The notes under the pieces: generated by a model
The model's database searches: none
Seen by the model: the letters and a program-made list of their open reading frames with translations, nothing else
Told to the model about the DNA's origin: nothing
Part shown: positions 41,680 to 60,145 of the stretch, piece after piece
Position numbering within the stretch: the first letter of the stretch is position 1
How the letters are laid out: every line of letters starts with the position of its first letter
Translations under genes and position numbers: made by a program
NCBI GenBank assembly: GCA_965112735.1
Contig: OZ218960.1
Location: 806,001 to 870,000 of the forward strand
Origin: Phaeosaccion multiseriatum
Lineage: Eukaryota > Protista > Ochrophyta, other classes
Length of the DNA stretch: 64,000 bases
Reading direction: 5' to 3'

Positions 41680-43095
41680 CATCTTATCTACACACGTATG
41701 CCGAGGAGGTGATAGATTGAAGGATGGTGTGGTGAGGTGTAGTGTGGTTGTGTGGGTGTTTGCTGTGTTGCGTTGTGGTGGGGTGGGGTGTGATGAATCA
41801 CCAACTGCTGTGGTGTGGGGTGGTGTGGTGTGTGCTTACCTTCTGGAGCGCCTCCTCCAACGTCCTGTGAGTGACTTGTGACGAGATCCTTGACAGATGA
41901 CCTTACGATGGGCAGGGCGGGAGCAAGGCAGGCAGGAGGGAGAGGAGAGACGCCACAAGGAATCGCAAGGAGTGGAGGAGGGAAGGGGGGCAATAGCCAG
42001 AATTCACAGGCAGGAGAGTGGGAAAACACCATGAGCCATCACATGGAGGAGTGAAGGGGATACGTAATGATATGTACAGCCTGCCGACCAAGCCCTTTTA
42101 GTTCAACGACGACATCTTCATTTGCAAAGGGAGGACAGCAGCACATACCACACCCCACCACACCCCAGCCCCCCCCCCCCCCCCCCACACACACACACTT
42201 TCAGTTTTGTCAATACATAATTCCCCCACCACACCACCCTTCCATCCATCAACTCCTAGGCTCACGTGTGTAGATAAGATAGCAAAAAAAAGTCGATAGA
42301 TAGACCCCAACCAACCATGCCGCGCCATCCATGTAGCACGTCATAAGGAATGTATGTAAATGTGTGAGGTAAAATGAAATGAGGGTGGGCTCGATACCCT
42401 CCTCACCTCGTCAGCTTGCCCACCCCAATGTCGAAGATGGTCCCGAAAGGCTGTCCCTGGAGGTCTGAAGAGAAGCAGCGTGTCTTACCGAACATGGTAC
42501 GCGTTTTCTTGTCCACCTGCGGTTTGTTTGGCGGTGCAAGTGTTTGGAGGTGGGGGGTTGAGATCGCCTCTCGCTCGCTCACTAATCACTCACTCGCTCG
42601 CTCTGCTTGCAAGCATGTGCAGGTAGGGTGTGGTCTGACTAGTGGGTGCGATATCACTCGGTTTAAGGAGAGGCCAGTAATCCCCGACTCGAGGAGCTCG
42701 CCCCGCCCTCATTGGGGCTCGAATCCTGGCCTCTTGAGAGCAAGCCCTCTCTCAGGGGAACCCCTCTCGATCAAGCAAGCAAACAACCTGCAAAGTCTCT
42801 CCACCTCTTCTGCTCGTTCGTATTTCAGCCCTTTACCTTTCCCCCCAAGTACACACACCTTGACCTGTTGCAGCCCCCCATCTGACGAGAATTGGGCCAT
42901 GACCATTTGCCCATTGTGTATCATCCCGTCGTCGACTACACCATTCCTAAAGAGGTAATCCTCCGTCTCCGATACCGCCACCACCGCCACTGAAGGGGAT
43001 TCTGCTGCTCCTGCTGCTGCTCCTGCTGTCGCTGCTGCTGTTGGTGCTGCTGCCTCTGGTGATGCCTGTGGCTGCTCTGTCCCATCTTCCTCCAT
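36684..43095 (-). CDS. TRM6: tRNA (adenine-58-N1)-methyltransferase non-catalytic subunit (Gcd10/TRM6), about 13-14 exons
   Basis: [41 protein letters not shown]...[46 protein letters not shown]...GFIL. Confidence 0.93.
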
Positions 43096-43480
43096 CCCTC
43101 TCTCTGTCTCCCCTCCCTGCTAAAGAGTATGCGCCGCTCGTCCCTCACGCTCTCACAAATTTTTGTTTTCTGTTTTCAGGGGGAGACTTTCAGTGCATCC
43201 CTGCGGCTGATTGGGTAGCGAGGCGGCCTCGTTGGGTGTGGTGTCTCGCTGTCCGTCCGTGAACTCCACTTCCTGCCTCTTACGTGACTAGGGCGCAACC
43301 GCGGCGGCGCCTGCTGATTCTGTTGCCTCTTATTCGACTACTTATTCAGATGATGGGATAGATGTGTACTGGAGGGAGGAGAGGGCGACATGGGGCGGGG
43401 TAGCTTGGCTTGAGTGCTTCACTCACAAATGCCCAGCTGTATCACCAACTGCCCGTCTTAAAAGAAGCTAACAAAAATAA

Positions 43481-43635
43481 TCGACCCCGATTCCGACCCC
43501 CTGACACGCTATCGCCCACTTTCTCGATAGCGCACCGGCTGGCGCCGGGATAGCGGATAGCGCGCCGGCTGATAGCGGATAGCGCGCCGGCTGGCGCCGG
43601 CGATAGCGGATAGCGGATAGCGTGTCAGGGGTCGA
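43481..43635. mobile_element. Putative MITE (155 bp) between the divergent TRM6 and MAPK genes
   Basis: Ends TCGACCCC / GGGGTCGA; inner inverted pair CCCCTGACACGCTATC (43498-43513) / GATAGCGTGTCAGGGG (43616-43631); flanking 6-bp direct repeat AAATAA (43475-80, 43636-41); internal GATAGCG(CGCCGGCT) array. Confidence 0.7.
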
Positions 43636-44689
43636 AAATAAATCGCGCAGCTCAGAAGCATGGCATTCGCCCCATGCTTATCGAGCCCGCCCGCTCCGTG
43701 ACTCATGGTTCATGGTACAGAGCCAAGTTTCGAGACGTGGCTCGGGCGGCAGAAAGAAGACAGGAGGGCGAAGGAAGACGGGCAAAAGCCGGCCGAGAGA
43801 GGAGGGCGAAGGAAAGACAGGAAGCAGCAGCAGCAGTAGCAGCCAGTTCCCATCCCCATACTCAGCTGAAATACCCGAAGAGGAATCATAACGTATGTCC
43901 ACGTGGGCATCACCCCTCTCTCTGCTGCTCCTCCCTCTCCCCCTTCTCGCTGTCACGAACTGTGCCTGCCCTCATGAAGAAGGGGAATCCGGTGTTCTAC
44001 GCTATCCCTCGACCAAGGCCGGGTTCCTTCATCAGCGTGACGAGCGCCTTGTGCACATCATGTTGGGCTGTACTGAGCCCCGTTTTCATGCAGGTGGCGG
44101 TATGCCCCTCCGTAAGCGGCTTTCCTGGGCACGTATACAGTCTTTGCTGTACATTGGGTCGATGCCAAGTAGGCTCCTGATGGCACCCTTGTGCTCAAGG
44201 CGCGTGAGGTGGAGTGCCCCCCCCCCCCTGCTGGTAGGCCAAAGGTGGAGCCACGCTTCAGCACCTTCAATGAGGCATCGCTAGTGTTGACGGCGTCAGC
44301 CGGCACGCTATCAGCTAGCGTCAGCGGCGCGCTATCAGAAATTCCCCTCCCCGACCCCCCCTCCTCAGCTATTGCGCCTCTGACCACAAGAAATGATTGA
44401 GCTATCAGCTATTGATGCCTGCAAATATCGCTATTGGGCTCAATTGCGGGTCATTGATCTGGGTCGCATGATACGCCACGCACGCACACGCAGCACGAAA
44501 TGAAACTGAAAAGTGAATATGACTTTCAGATCCTTTCCTCTTCTCTCTCTCTCCTTTCCCCAATATCTCCCGTCCCTCGTCCCCTTGCTGCACCAAAGGG
44601 ACTGACGCAAAAGCACACTTCGTTGCAGAGAGAAAGGAATACGGCGAGTGAGCAGAGCAGAAGCTGGACGTACCGACTATCAAGGGAGG

Positions 44690-50959
<6,270 letters not shown>

Positions 50960-50971
<12 letters not shown>

Positions 50972-51256
50972 CTGTCCATTACAAGGAGTGACGGTCCCAA
51001 AAACGAAAGGAAGTGTTCATAAGAAGGAGTGACTGTTCATAAATGGAGGACTATCCATTAAAAGGAGATTGTCCCTAACAAGGAGTGACTGTCCAAAAAG
51101 GAAGAGATTATCCATGACAAGGAGTGACTGTCCATAAGAAGGAGGGAATGACTGCACTGACTGCGCTACTCTGACCACCACAAGGGAGGAGGAGGAGAAG
51201 GAGGAGGAGCAGTGACTGGCTGCACTACTCCGACAATCACGAGAGGACGTGACTCC
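50960..51256. repeat. Degenerate ~20-bp tandem repeat (AAGGAGTGACTGTCCAT...) starting at the MAPK stop codon
   Basis: Several visible copies of ggagtgactgtcc; the last codons (cactacgccgacaatcac) recur near 51165 and 51223. Confidence 0.8.
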
Positions 51257-51365
51257 AACGATCACAGAAGTGCGAGAGACAGCACTATTGGACTCCGAAA
51301 GGGAAGATGAGGCGGCGTAGCTTTATCACTCTCCCGTTCATATATATATATTATACTTCGTAGTA

Positions 51366-51753
51366 CTATCCATCACCTTCTTCGGCTGTTGCTGCTACCG
51401 GTGCTGCTACTGCTGCCACTACTGCTGCTGCTGCTGCTGCTGGTGATGGTGGTGATGGTGGTGATGGTGGTGGTGGTGATGGTGGTGGTACTGCTGCCTT
51501 CGCTGCCGGAACTCGTGCTCTTTCGGGCGATTTCGGAGGGGGCGAAAGTAGAGGGGGGATGGAGGAGGAGATGGAGCCGAAGAGAGGCCTCTCGTTAGGC
51601 GGGCTACAACTTCTACTCCTCCTCCTACAGCGGCGTTCTGTCGTGGACCCATTGCCATCAGAAGCTGTCGATCCTTCCACTGCCCCTTCTATTGCTCCTG
51701 CTCCTGCCCCTGCTGAAGCAGCCTCAGCGGCTCCTGGTGCCTCAGCCGTTTCA

Positions 51754-51784
<31 letters not shown>

Positions 51785-54700
51785 AAGGCTGAGTATTGGG
51801 GAGAACCAGGAGGTCCCTGGTGTTGAGAAACGACGACACGGAAACTAGCCCCTCTTCTTGGGTCTGGATGGGCGAAATGTGCGCGTCGTTGTGGACATTG
51901 ACCATAATGGGCGATGTGAAGTGCTGCTGCTGCTGCTTGGAGCTGCTCCGTCCAGAGCGAGGAGGGGTCCTCGGGGGGTCTACACCTACACGCTTCACCT
52001 CAGCAGAGCTCCGCTGGCCGTGTTCGTCCAGGACCTACAATTGTAAGGGGAGAGAGAGAGAGACACACACACAAAGAGAGAGAGAGAGAGAGAGAGAAGG
52101 GGGTGTGGGTGCTTCAACAGCGGCCGTCTCAGCTGCGACAGCTTGCTCTTTCCTACGACTTTGTTGTCTGCATCCCTTCCTCTCTCTTCCCTCTCTCTCC
52201 TCCCTCGCCCCCTCCCTCTCTGTAGCCCCCTCTCTCCACCCCCTCTTCTCTCTCCATACCGTATCCCCCCCCCCGGCCCCCAAAAGCCCGTCGGGTCAGG
52301 CCCTCCTCCTCCTCCTCCTCCTCCTCCTCCTCCTCCTCCGTCCATCCACTGCCATCCTCCTCCTTGACCCTCTTACCAGGTCCAGTAGCTCAATCCCTTC
52401 CTCGCCTTGCTCCGGATGCTCGCCATCCACTTCCATTCCGCCGTAGCCGTAACCGGCATCTCCGTACATGTAACCGTCACCGTCTTCGGACTCCCTGCTC
52501 TCCCCCACTTCTGGCGGTCGGCGCTGCGGCTGTGGTTGACGTTTTAACCTTCCTTTGCGCTTGCTGTGACCACCTCCCTCGCTCGCGCTCCCATCTGGGT
52601 GGAGAGACTGATAGGAGGTTTGCCTTCTCCTGAGAAGGGAGAAAAGACGCGCGCGAGGAGAATGGAGGCGAATCGGGGGCGGTGGAGAGGGAGGAGTTGG
52701 AGGGGCAGAGAAGACGAATGAGGGAGTAGACTTGGGGGGGGGGGACAAGAGACAGAGACAGGGAGGGAGGGAGCAGTGGAGAGATGCTGGCGCAGAGAGA
52801 GAGAACAGATGCACCGTATGGTTGTACATTGTGTAGCATCTCATTCTTGTTTCAATTCTTTTCTTTCCCGGTGCTGCTGCATACTTGCTCCATTACTTAC
52901 TTTTCCCGTCCCTTCTTGGCGGCATGTTGTAACAAATCAGTCTTCCACAGCACGCACACAAGCCCTGCTGCGAAGATAGCGATGATCCACAGCTGGAGCA
53001 GTTGGTGATACAGCAGCATTGCATCGCATAGCATTGCGTAGAGCAAGCGTAGCACATTAGTTGGTCAGTGACTGATTAACTGACACCAGGTAGTGGCTGA
53101 CTGACAGGCTGACTGACTGATTGACTGACTGACTGATTGACTGACTGACTGACTGACTGACTGACCGACTGAGCGACTGACTGACTGACTGACTGACTGA
53201 CTGACTGATTGACTGATTGATTGACTGAATGACAGACTGATTGACTGACTGATTGACTGATTGACTGACTGACAGGCTAACTGACTGATTGACTGACTGA
53301 TTGACTGATTGACTGACTGACTGACTAAATGACACCAGGTACTGACCAGCAAGAGCACGTCTGTCGCCGAGAAGACTGTGGCAGCGACCGCCACCACCTC
53401 CACATCCTCCGACTGCTCGATCTGCTCGATCTGAGACGACGTCAAATTCACCTGTTTACAGATGGCGCAACAGGCGAGGGGGGGGGAGTACAACACGCGG
53501 GGGGAGGTGGTGCGGGGAGGGCTTGGACCTTGCTACTGGCTGATTGCTTGCTTTCTTCGTCCCTCCCTCCCCTCCCTGCCCTCCCCTCTTCTCCCCTCCC
53601 TCCCCTCCCCTCCCTCCCTCCCTCCCTCCTTCCCCCACCATTACCTTGTAGTAATGCGAAGCGTTGATGGCAATGTAGGCCACCTCGTCGAGACAGTCAA
53701 AGTACTTGGCAAAGTCACTGAGACTGTTAATGTACGAGTACTTCTTCTCCTGCAGGCACACTTGCAATCCCCGATAGTACGCAACGACTTCGGTGTGCGC
53801 ATCGGTGGCACTTCTGTCGTTGTCGTCCTCGTTGGCTCTGGCACTGATAACCCTGTCACCTCCACCACCACCATCACCACCACCACCACCACCACCACCA
53901 CTAACAGCACCAGTACCACCATCACGGCGCCCTCCTAGCTGCCTTCTCGCGAAGCTCGTCTGCTCCGTCGCTACCGTACCCTCCTCGTCTGAAGGAGGGC
54001 GGCCTGCCGCTGGGAGCTCCGTACCCATACGCTCCTGCATGGCCTCGTGCCTCTCCTCGCAGCCCCTCTCGCGTGCTTTCTCGCTGCTGCCAACGCCGCC
54101 ACCGCCGCCTCTATCCATCTCGCCTCGAGCTCGATGTCGATGTGCGCGACTTTCCTTGCCCATAGGACTGCCCAAGTCAGCGGTGGCCGGCGGTGCTGCC
54201 AGTGCCCGCTTTCCCCCTCTCTCTGGGAGCATTATATTTATCACCTCCGGGGGGCTCTGAGTGTAAATGACAATCTGACATTGGGTGGAGGGGTGGATGG
54301 GTGGACGGGTAGTTGGGTGAGTGAGTGGGTGCGTGCGTGCGTAGGTGGGTGGGTGGGTGGGTGGGTGGGTGGGTTGGGGCCGCTTACCTTCCTCTGCTTG
54401 GGTAAGATGGTGGGAGCCAGAGTAACGCCTCTCTCCGTGGCCGTGGCGAGAAGGTTCCAAACGAACTCATCGCAGCTCGAACCACCCACAAACTCCTCTC
54501 CAGGGTACTCCTGTCGGGGGGGAAGGGGTCGTCTATGAGACAAAAAACGACAAAAATGAATTCCCCTTCCCCCCCCACTCCCCACTCCCCCTCCCTCCCT
54601 CTCTCCCCTCCCTCCCTCCCTCCCTCCCCCGTTCCCGCCCTCCCCTCTCCCTCCCTTCCCTCCTTCCCTCCCTCCCTTCCTTCCCTCCCTCCCTTCCCTC

Positions 54701-55373
54701 CCTCCCTCCCTCCCTCCCCTCACGCTCCAACTCACCCTGTAGACGGAGAAGGGTTGGTAGCGGGGGTGCAAGCTGTGGTAGTCCTTGGCGAACTGGACCA
54801 GCACGCTGAACAGGGACCCCGTCGTCGACCTGAGAGAGGAGGCACGCACACACACACGTATACACACGTATGCGAGCACGTACGCCAGCACGCACACACA
54901 TGTGCACACAAACAAGGGAGGCGTCAGGAACCGCTCTGGATCCATAGTGGTAAGCCTCTTTGCCTTCACCCTTCTTCCCTCCTCCCTCTGTCTGTTCTTC
55001 CCTTCTCTCCCACTTGCTCACTCCCTCCCTCCCCTCCCTTCCTCCCTTCCTTCCCCCCGCTTGTCTATCCTCCCCGCCCTTTCCTCACCTCACTAGCTCC
55101 TCTTCCTCTCCCTTCCTTCTTCCCGCCCCTCCCCTCCCTTCCTTCTCCCCCCCCCACCCCTCCCTCTCTCCCTCTCTCACCCAAGATAAGCGATGCTGTC
55201 CCACTGACGCTCGTCGATGGTGGTCGCAAACTGCACGGAGGCTCCTGTGTAGTCCCACTTGACGTTCCTGCCGTCTGCGCTAATGCTCGGGAGCAGAGAT
55301 ATGGTGGCATTGGTCGGGACATACACGAGCACAGCCTAGTGAGAGGTAGCAGGAGGAGCAACAGGAGCAAACA

Positions 55374-55410
<37 letters not shown>

Positions 55411-56139
55411 GAGGGGGAGGAGGAGGAGGAGGAGGAGGAGGAGGAGTGAGCGCATGCTGAACGGTGGAAAGGTTGGGCATCGGCAGGGGAGCATGCACAG
55501 CACTGCTACTGACACGTCCCATTGATTCGGTCGGCAGAAGCCCCTCTATCCAACCTCTCGCCGCCCCCTCCACTCTTCCATTGATTGACGCACCATCTTG
55601 CTTGGCTCTTCCAGACACTCAAAGCCCAGCGCCACAACGTCGTAACTGAGCTCGTGATTCAAGCCGCCCCGCTCCAGGACCATGTCTCGTGCGTGGAGAT
55701 GGTACATCTGCAGCACATCTGCGCTCTCGAAGGGTGTGTACAGTGTCTCCTCCTCCAAGAGCCACCACCCCTCTCCAGCCCGTCTGGGCTTGCTCGCCGC
55801 CGAGGCTGCCGTAGAAGCACTTGAACCAGTGCCGGGTTGGGGCGGTGGTGGTGCTGATGGTGGAGTTGTAGCGCCGGTTCCTGAAGCTTCCTCGGCTTCC
55901 GCGGCTGTGTCATGACCTTCCGCATCATCAGCAGCATTTTCTCTTCTCTTCCCCCGCAGAAGCTTCCTCTCTCCAAATTCTACTGCTGCTGGGCCCAACG
56001 CGCCTCCTCCTCTCCCTCGCGATGGCCACTCTATATCCTGAGACAGAAGTGGTGATGAGATGCCTACTGTGGGCGAGTCAGCAGCGAATGACAGCCGCCA
56101 GGAAAGCAGAAGCAGGCCCTGCGAGAACAGCGAGAACAT
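51366..56139 (-). CDS. CLN5-like protein with signal peptide, C-terminal transmembrane helix and cytosolic tail; exons 55594-56139, 55181-55335, 54736-54829, 54388-54510, 53645-54274, 53347-53451, 52902-52996, 52377-52629, 51366-52034
   Basis: Spliced DVLQMYHLHA...ALGF, W..TGA....IDERQW, TGSLFSVLVQF...YQPFSV, SSCDEFVWNLL...GV, IVIYTQSPP, YIAIN..YY align in order with recalled CLN5 segments (DDIEVFRLQA...AIGF, WCNQGA...IDDVHW, SGNMFNQMAKW...YETWNV, YDCSKFVLR, IFLYSGEP); TM LLLWIIAIFAAGLVCVLW. Confidence 0.7.
53097..53327. repeat. (GACT/GATT)n intronic microsatellite
   Basis: Visible directly. Confidence 0.95.
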
Positions 56140-56299
56140 TCTCCGGTCCAGCCGCGCGAAATAGAAGCGCGGAATGCCCGCTCATCTCCACATACTGAAC
56201 TTCTCGAGCCGCTCTGCCTGGTGAGAAAGATGTGGCAGGCCTAGCTCTCTCTCTCTCTCTCTCTAAAAAAAGGAGCTGATTTGATGTCCCGTGATTTTT

Positions 56300-56334
56300 T
56301 TTTGACGCCAAATGACAATTACTTTGACGACGTT
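56300..56334 (+). repeat. Left copy of 35-bp inverted repeat TTTTGACGCCAAATGACAATTACTTTGACGACGTT
   Basis: 34/35 identical to the reverse complement of 60111-60145. Confidence 0.92.
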
Positions 56335-56590
56335 GACGCCCTTTTATCTATTGATGACCGGTTTTGGTGGGGCGAGATGCCCCACTCGGTGAAAGTGGGT
56401 ATTTTTAGTACCCAATTTTTTTAAAAGTGGGTATTTTTAGTACAGTACCCAATATGGACCAGTAGGCCCCTCCCCCCCCCCCTCCTTTTTGGTGTATCTC
56501 TCCCCTCCTCCTCCAAAATATACTACGCTATGATATGACGATTTAATGGTATTACCACGATAACAATGGTATTCATATTTACAGACACAC

Positions 56591-56975
56591 TTAGTGTCCG
56601 TCCTCAATCATGCATGGCATACAGTAGTAGTCAAAATCGCCTTCCGCAAAACCCTTGCTGTCGCAAAACTCGACGGTGCACATGTGGTGCACGAGGTTTC
56701 CACACGCTCTTTCGGATGGGCAGAGGAACAGCTTGACTTGCGAGGGCTTAGTACAGCCATACGAGCATGTGAAGGCCATGTCTCCCTCTCTCAAGCCGCC
56801 CAACGACGGCGCTGCTGACGCGGCAGCAGCGGCAGTAGCGGCCGCAGCGGCCGCATCAGAGGCAGCAGCAGAAGCAGCATCAGAAGCAGTACCAGTACCA
56901 GTACGCTGTTTTTTTTGGGCCCCCCTTCCCCCACCCCTTCCTCCTCGTCCTCCTCCGGCTCCGCCTCCTCCTGTT

Positions 56976-57015
<40 letters not shown>

Positions 57016-59657
57016 TGCTGCTGCCACCTCCCTCCTCGTCGTCCTCTGCACCGCTATCACCTCCATCCCCCTCCTTCGACTCGTCTGCACCAGTGCCACT
57101 TTCCTTCGCCCTCGCCCGCTTCGCCCGTTTTTTCGCGTCCGCCTGCTGCGCGCTCCATAAATTATACACGGTGGTCCACACCAGCTGATTGAAGCGGCGC
57201 TTGTGAGAATCAGAACGAGACTTGATGTCAAAGGCGTCTTTGACTGCGTCAAACATGCTTCGCGCCTCTTCAAGCGTCGGCTTGTCCTTCCAGAGCCCCT
57301 TTTCTTTCGCCGCGGATTCAATCGCACCCATCAAACAGCAAAATTTTGACATCCTTCGCTTCTCCGCCCTCCCCTGCACGTCTGCTGTCGTGAATTCTCG
57401 AAGGCGAGGAGTGCCTGTCATCCAAGCATCCCAAGCAGCGCGCACAGTGAAGCTAGGGACCTCAAAGTGCTCGGGAAGGGTATGCCACCGGCCGTTGTAG
57501 AGATACAGAGGTGGCTGATCTGCACCTGCACAAGAAGAAGAAGAGGGCGGGGCGCTGCTCGAACCCTCACCAAGGCCCAGAGTGCCTGCCTGGTGAGCCG
57601 CGAGAAGGTCGCTGAGCCCACTCTTAGAAAAGGCTGCGTCGAGGGTCGTCTGCAGGGCCCTGCTCACACCCAGACTGGTGACAGTGCCAGAGGCCTGTGC
57701 ATTCTCCTCCAGAACGTCACGGATCAGCGTCTCCAAGTCGACCTTGATCGTCTGGCCCAACACCTCAAGCTTGCCGCCTAGAGAGGCCACGCTGTCCGCC
57801 ACGACTTGGAATTGCCTCAGCTGCACGACGTGGGGAGGAATCCCGGTTGCAGAAATCTCGTCCGTCTCGTCCGGATACTTCAGCACGACATGCTCTGAAA
57901 GGTCCGCCAGCAACCTTTGATCTCGGAAGAGCTGTGTCGTGAAAAGAGGGTGATTCTCCTGAAGAGTGCTGCGCAGAAAGCCGGCGTGGTACACCACACT
58001 GGCAAGACAGAATTCAGCCACCTTCCTCAATCTCAGCGGCACGTCCCTGAAGCAGCTCACAATGGCTCCCGCGAGCACGTCTTCAATGCCCTCCTTCGCT
58101 GTGCCGTCCACCTTGAGGCGCTGAAAAAAGGGAGGAAGCAATGCAAACTCCTTCGCTGAGATGTTCGCCCCGGAGGCAGCCCGGCCCACATACTGATCTG
58201 CTGCATTGATGGGGTTGAAGTAGATGTCCTGGACGCCGGGAAGAGACCATCCCATTCGAAGTTGCACAGCAATTGGGTTGGGAGCAGCGGACGAGCCGCT
58301 TGTGACGTGCGAGGCAGCGCCCTTGCGCCCAGAATGAGTGCCGAGGTCCTCTGGAGTCAGCCCCATGCCTTCCAAAATGGACGAGTTCGCCGCCGCCGTA
58401 CGTCTGAGGAAGCCGCAATACCTATCGTACTGATTGTTGCCAGCGAACAGCGCGTTCTTCTCAAAACCAAAGCTCAGGAGGTAAACACCAAGCGCGAGGA
58501 CGGGGCAGATCTCCGGCATGATTGGATTCGCGTAGACGTGGCGAGGATGTCGGGCCTTCTCTCCCAGCTGGTCGCCCTTTTGCTTCCCAAAATAGACGCA
58601 GAGCGCGTCCCCCTTCCACTCGAGATGATCGAGACAAATCTCCACACAGTTGGTGGCGCGGCACATCAGATTCCAGGAGAGAACGAGGAAGGGGTGGCCA
58701 AAGGCGCCCTGTCTGTGCCCGTTCTCACAGACTGCCGAGCTCAGCATTGCTGCGATGTACACAAGCGAAGGAAACAGTGGCAACCAAAGACGGCGTCAGG
58801 GCTAGGAAGTGAGTGGGGGGCAGTCAATGCATCAGCCACTTGTCTCCACCCACTCCACTAGTTTCCACTGTCCACTGACTCCACACAGCTGGGAATTTAC
58901 CTTTGGCAAGAGCGCGGTAGAGAGCGAACGGCATGGGAGCCTTCCCTTCTCTGACTTCGACATTTCCCTCCTGCTTCTCTCCTGCGATCGTCCTCTTCAG
59001 CCCCTTGGTGAGCGTCGCAAGGTCGCTTTGCAATTTGCGGTGCTGCTCCTCCTGATGGTAGTCTCTGTACAGATTGAAGAGTGCAGAGCGTTTCGACTGT
59101 GCACCGGCCTTGGATAAGCCCTTCGGCCCCTTCTTGACTTCAAGCAGCCACCCGAAGAACGCGTCGGCTGTCAGCAGATGGAACAGCAAAGGGTGCGGCG
59201 CCCGAGGTGCTTGGATCAAGTGTGCCTTCACCCGCTTCGTCCACTGCGCCTCAGCCTTCTTCTTGGCCTTTGCTTGGGCTTTCGCTGCTCTCGACACCTC
59301 AGCCGGCGTCTGCTGTGCCGCTGCAGTGGCACCACCCGCTCCGCCAGGTGCGGCGGCTGCTGCGGCTGCTGCTGCTCTCCTCTGTGCTTCCTCCTCTTCC
59401 CCATCTTCCCCGTCTTCCTCCTCTTCCCCCTCCGGTGGAGCAAATGCTGTCCTGAAGTCAGGGTCCAGAAGCTCCGGGTGCTTGCGGAAGAGGTATCGGA
59501 TCAGCATCGTGGAGGCGCATGCATATCCACTTCTCGAGCGTGGGGCGATGGTGTTGTTTCGGGGGTTCTGAATCTGCTGCTGCTCTGCAGTAAGCGGTGC
59601 TTCTTCCCCCTCTGCTGCTGGTGCTTCCGGAACCGTAGCAACAGCGACGTCAGCCAT
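56591..59657 (-). CDS. Crypton tyrosine recombinase (about 971 aa); exons 58901-59657 and 56591-58749; possible GCR1_C-like region and C-terminal Cys/His finger
   Basis: EGKAPMPF, LSWNLMCR (R), KQKGDQ (K), PRHVYANP...CPVLAL, GTHSGRKG (HxxR), LRMGW, QDIY (Y): catalytic set intact; phase-1 intron aaag|gtaaat...tcgcag|caatg. Confidence 0.9.
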
Positions 59658-60110
59658 GGTATACTCTGTTCTCCTGCAAATTCACGTGGGAGATGCCCCT
59701 CCCACCACTGGCATCAGCTGTTACAGCCGGGTATCGTCCGCGCAGCCGCTGCTCCTCTTACATAGCTGCACTGTGCAAATATGCTGATGCTGTGAATGAA
59801 ATAAACTCCACGTGGGGAGGGGGGGGAGAATGCCCCACAACCAAAAAATATTGGATAAAAAACTTGAAAAACGAGCATTTATGGCCCATAAAATATCCAA
59901 AACAATTATTTCGTGGGGCAGGTGCCCCACTTCACGGTACTATTAGACATACGGACTACAGAGAACTTAATTGACGCCCTTTACCCCTTCTTCTTAATTC
60001 GCCTTAATTTCGTCTAAAAAAAAATCACGTAAAAAAAATCACGGAAAAGGGCGTCAAAGGGCGTGAAATAGGGCTATAAAGTGGGTAAAAAAGGGGTTCA
60101 AAAGTCGTCA

Positions 60111-60145
60111 AACGTCGTCAAAGTAATCGTCATTTGGCGTCAAAA
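60111..60145 (-). repeat. Right copy of 35-bp inverted repeat
   Basis: AACGTCGTCAAAGTAATCGTCATTTGGCGTCAAAA. Confidence 0.92.

Larger units (their letters stand above)
56300..60145 (-). mobile_element. Crypton-type (CryptonS-like) tyrosine-recombinase DNA transposon; exact termini uncertain
   Basis: Single YR gene bounded by AT-rich repeat modules, a 35-bp inverted repeat (56300-56334 / 60111-60145), palindromic direct repeats (56367-85 / 59913-30) and TATGG copies (56453 / 59880). Confidence 0.85.
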
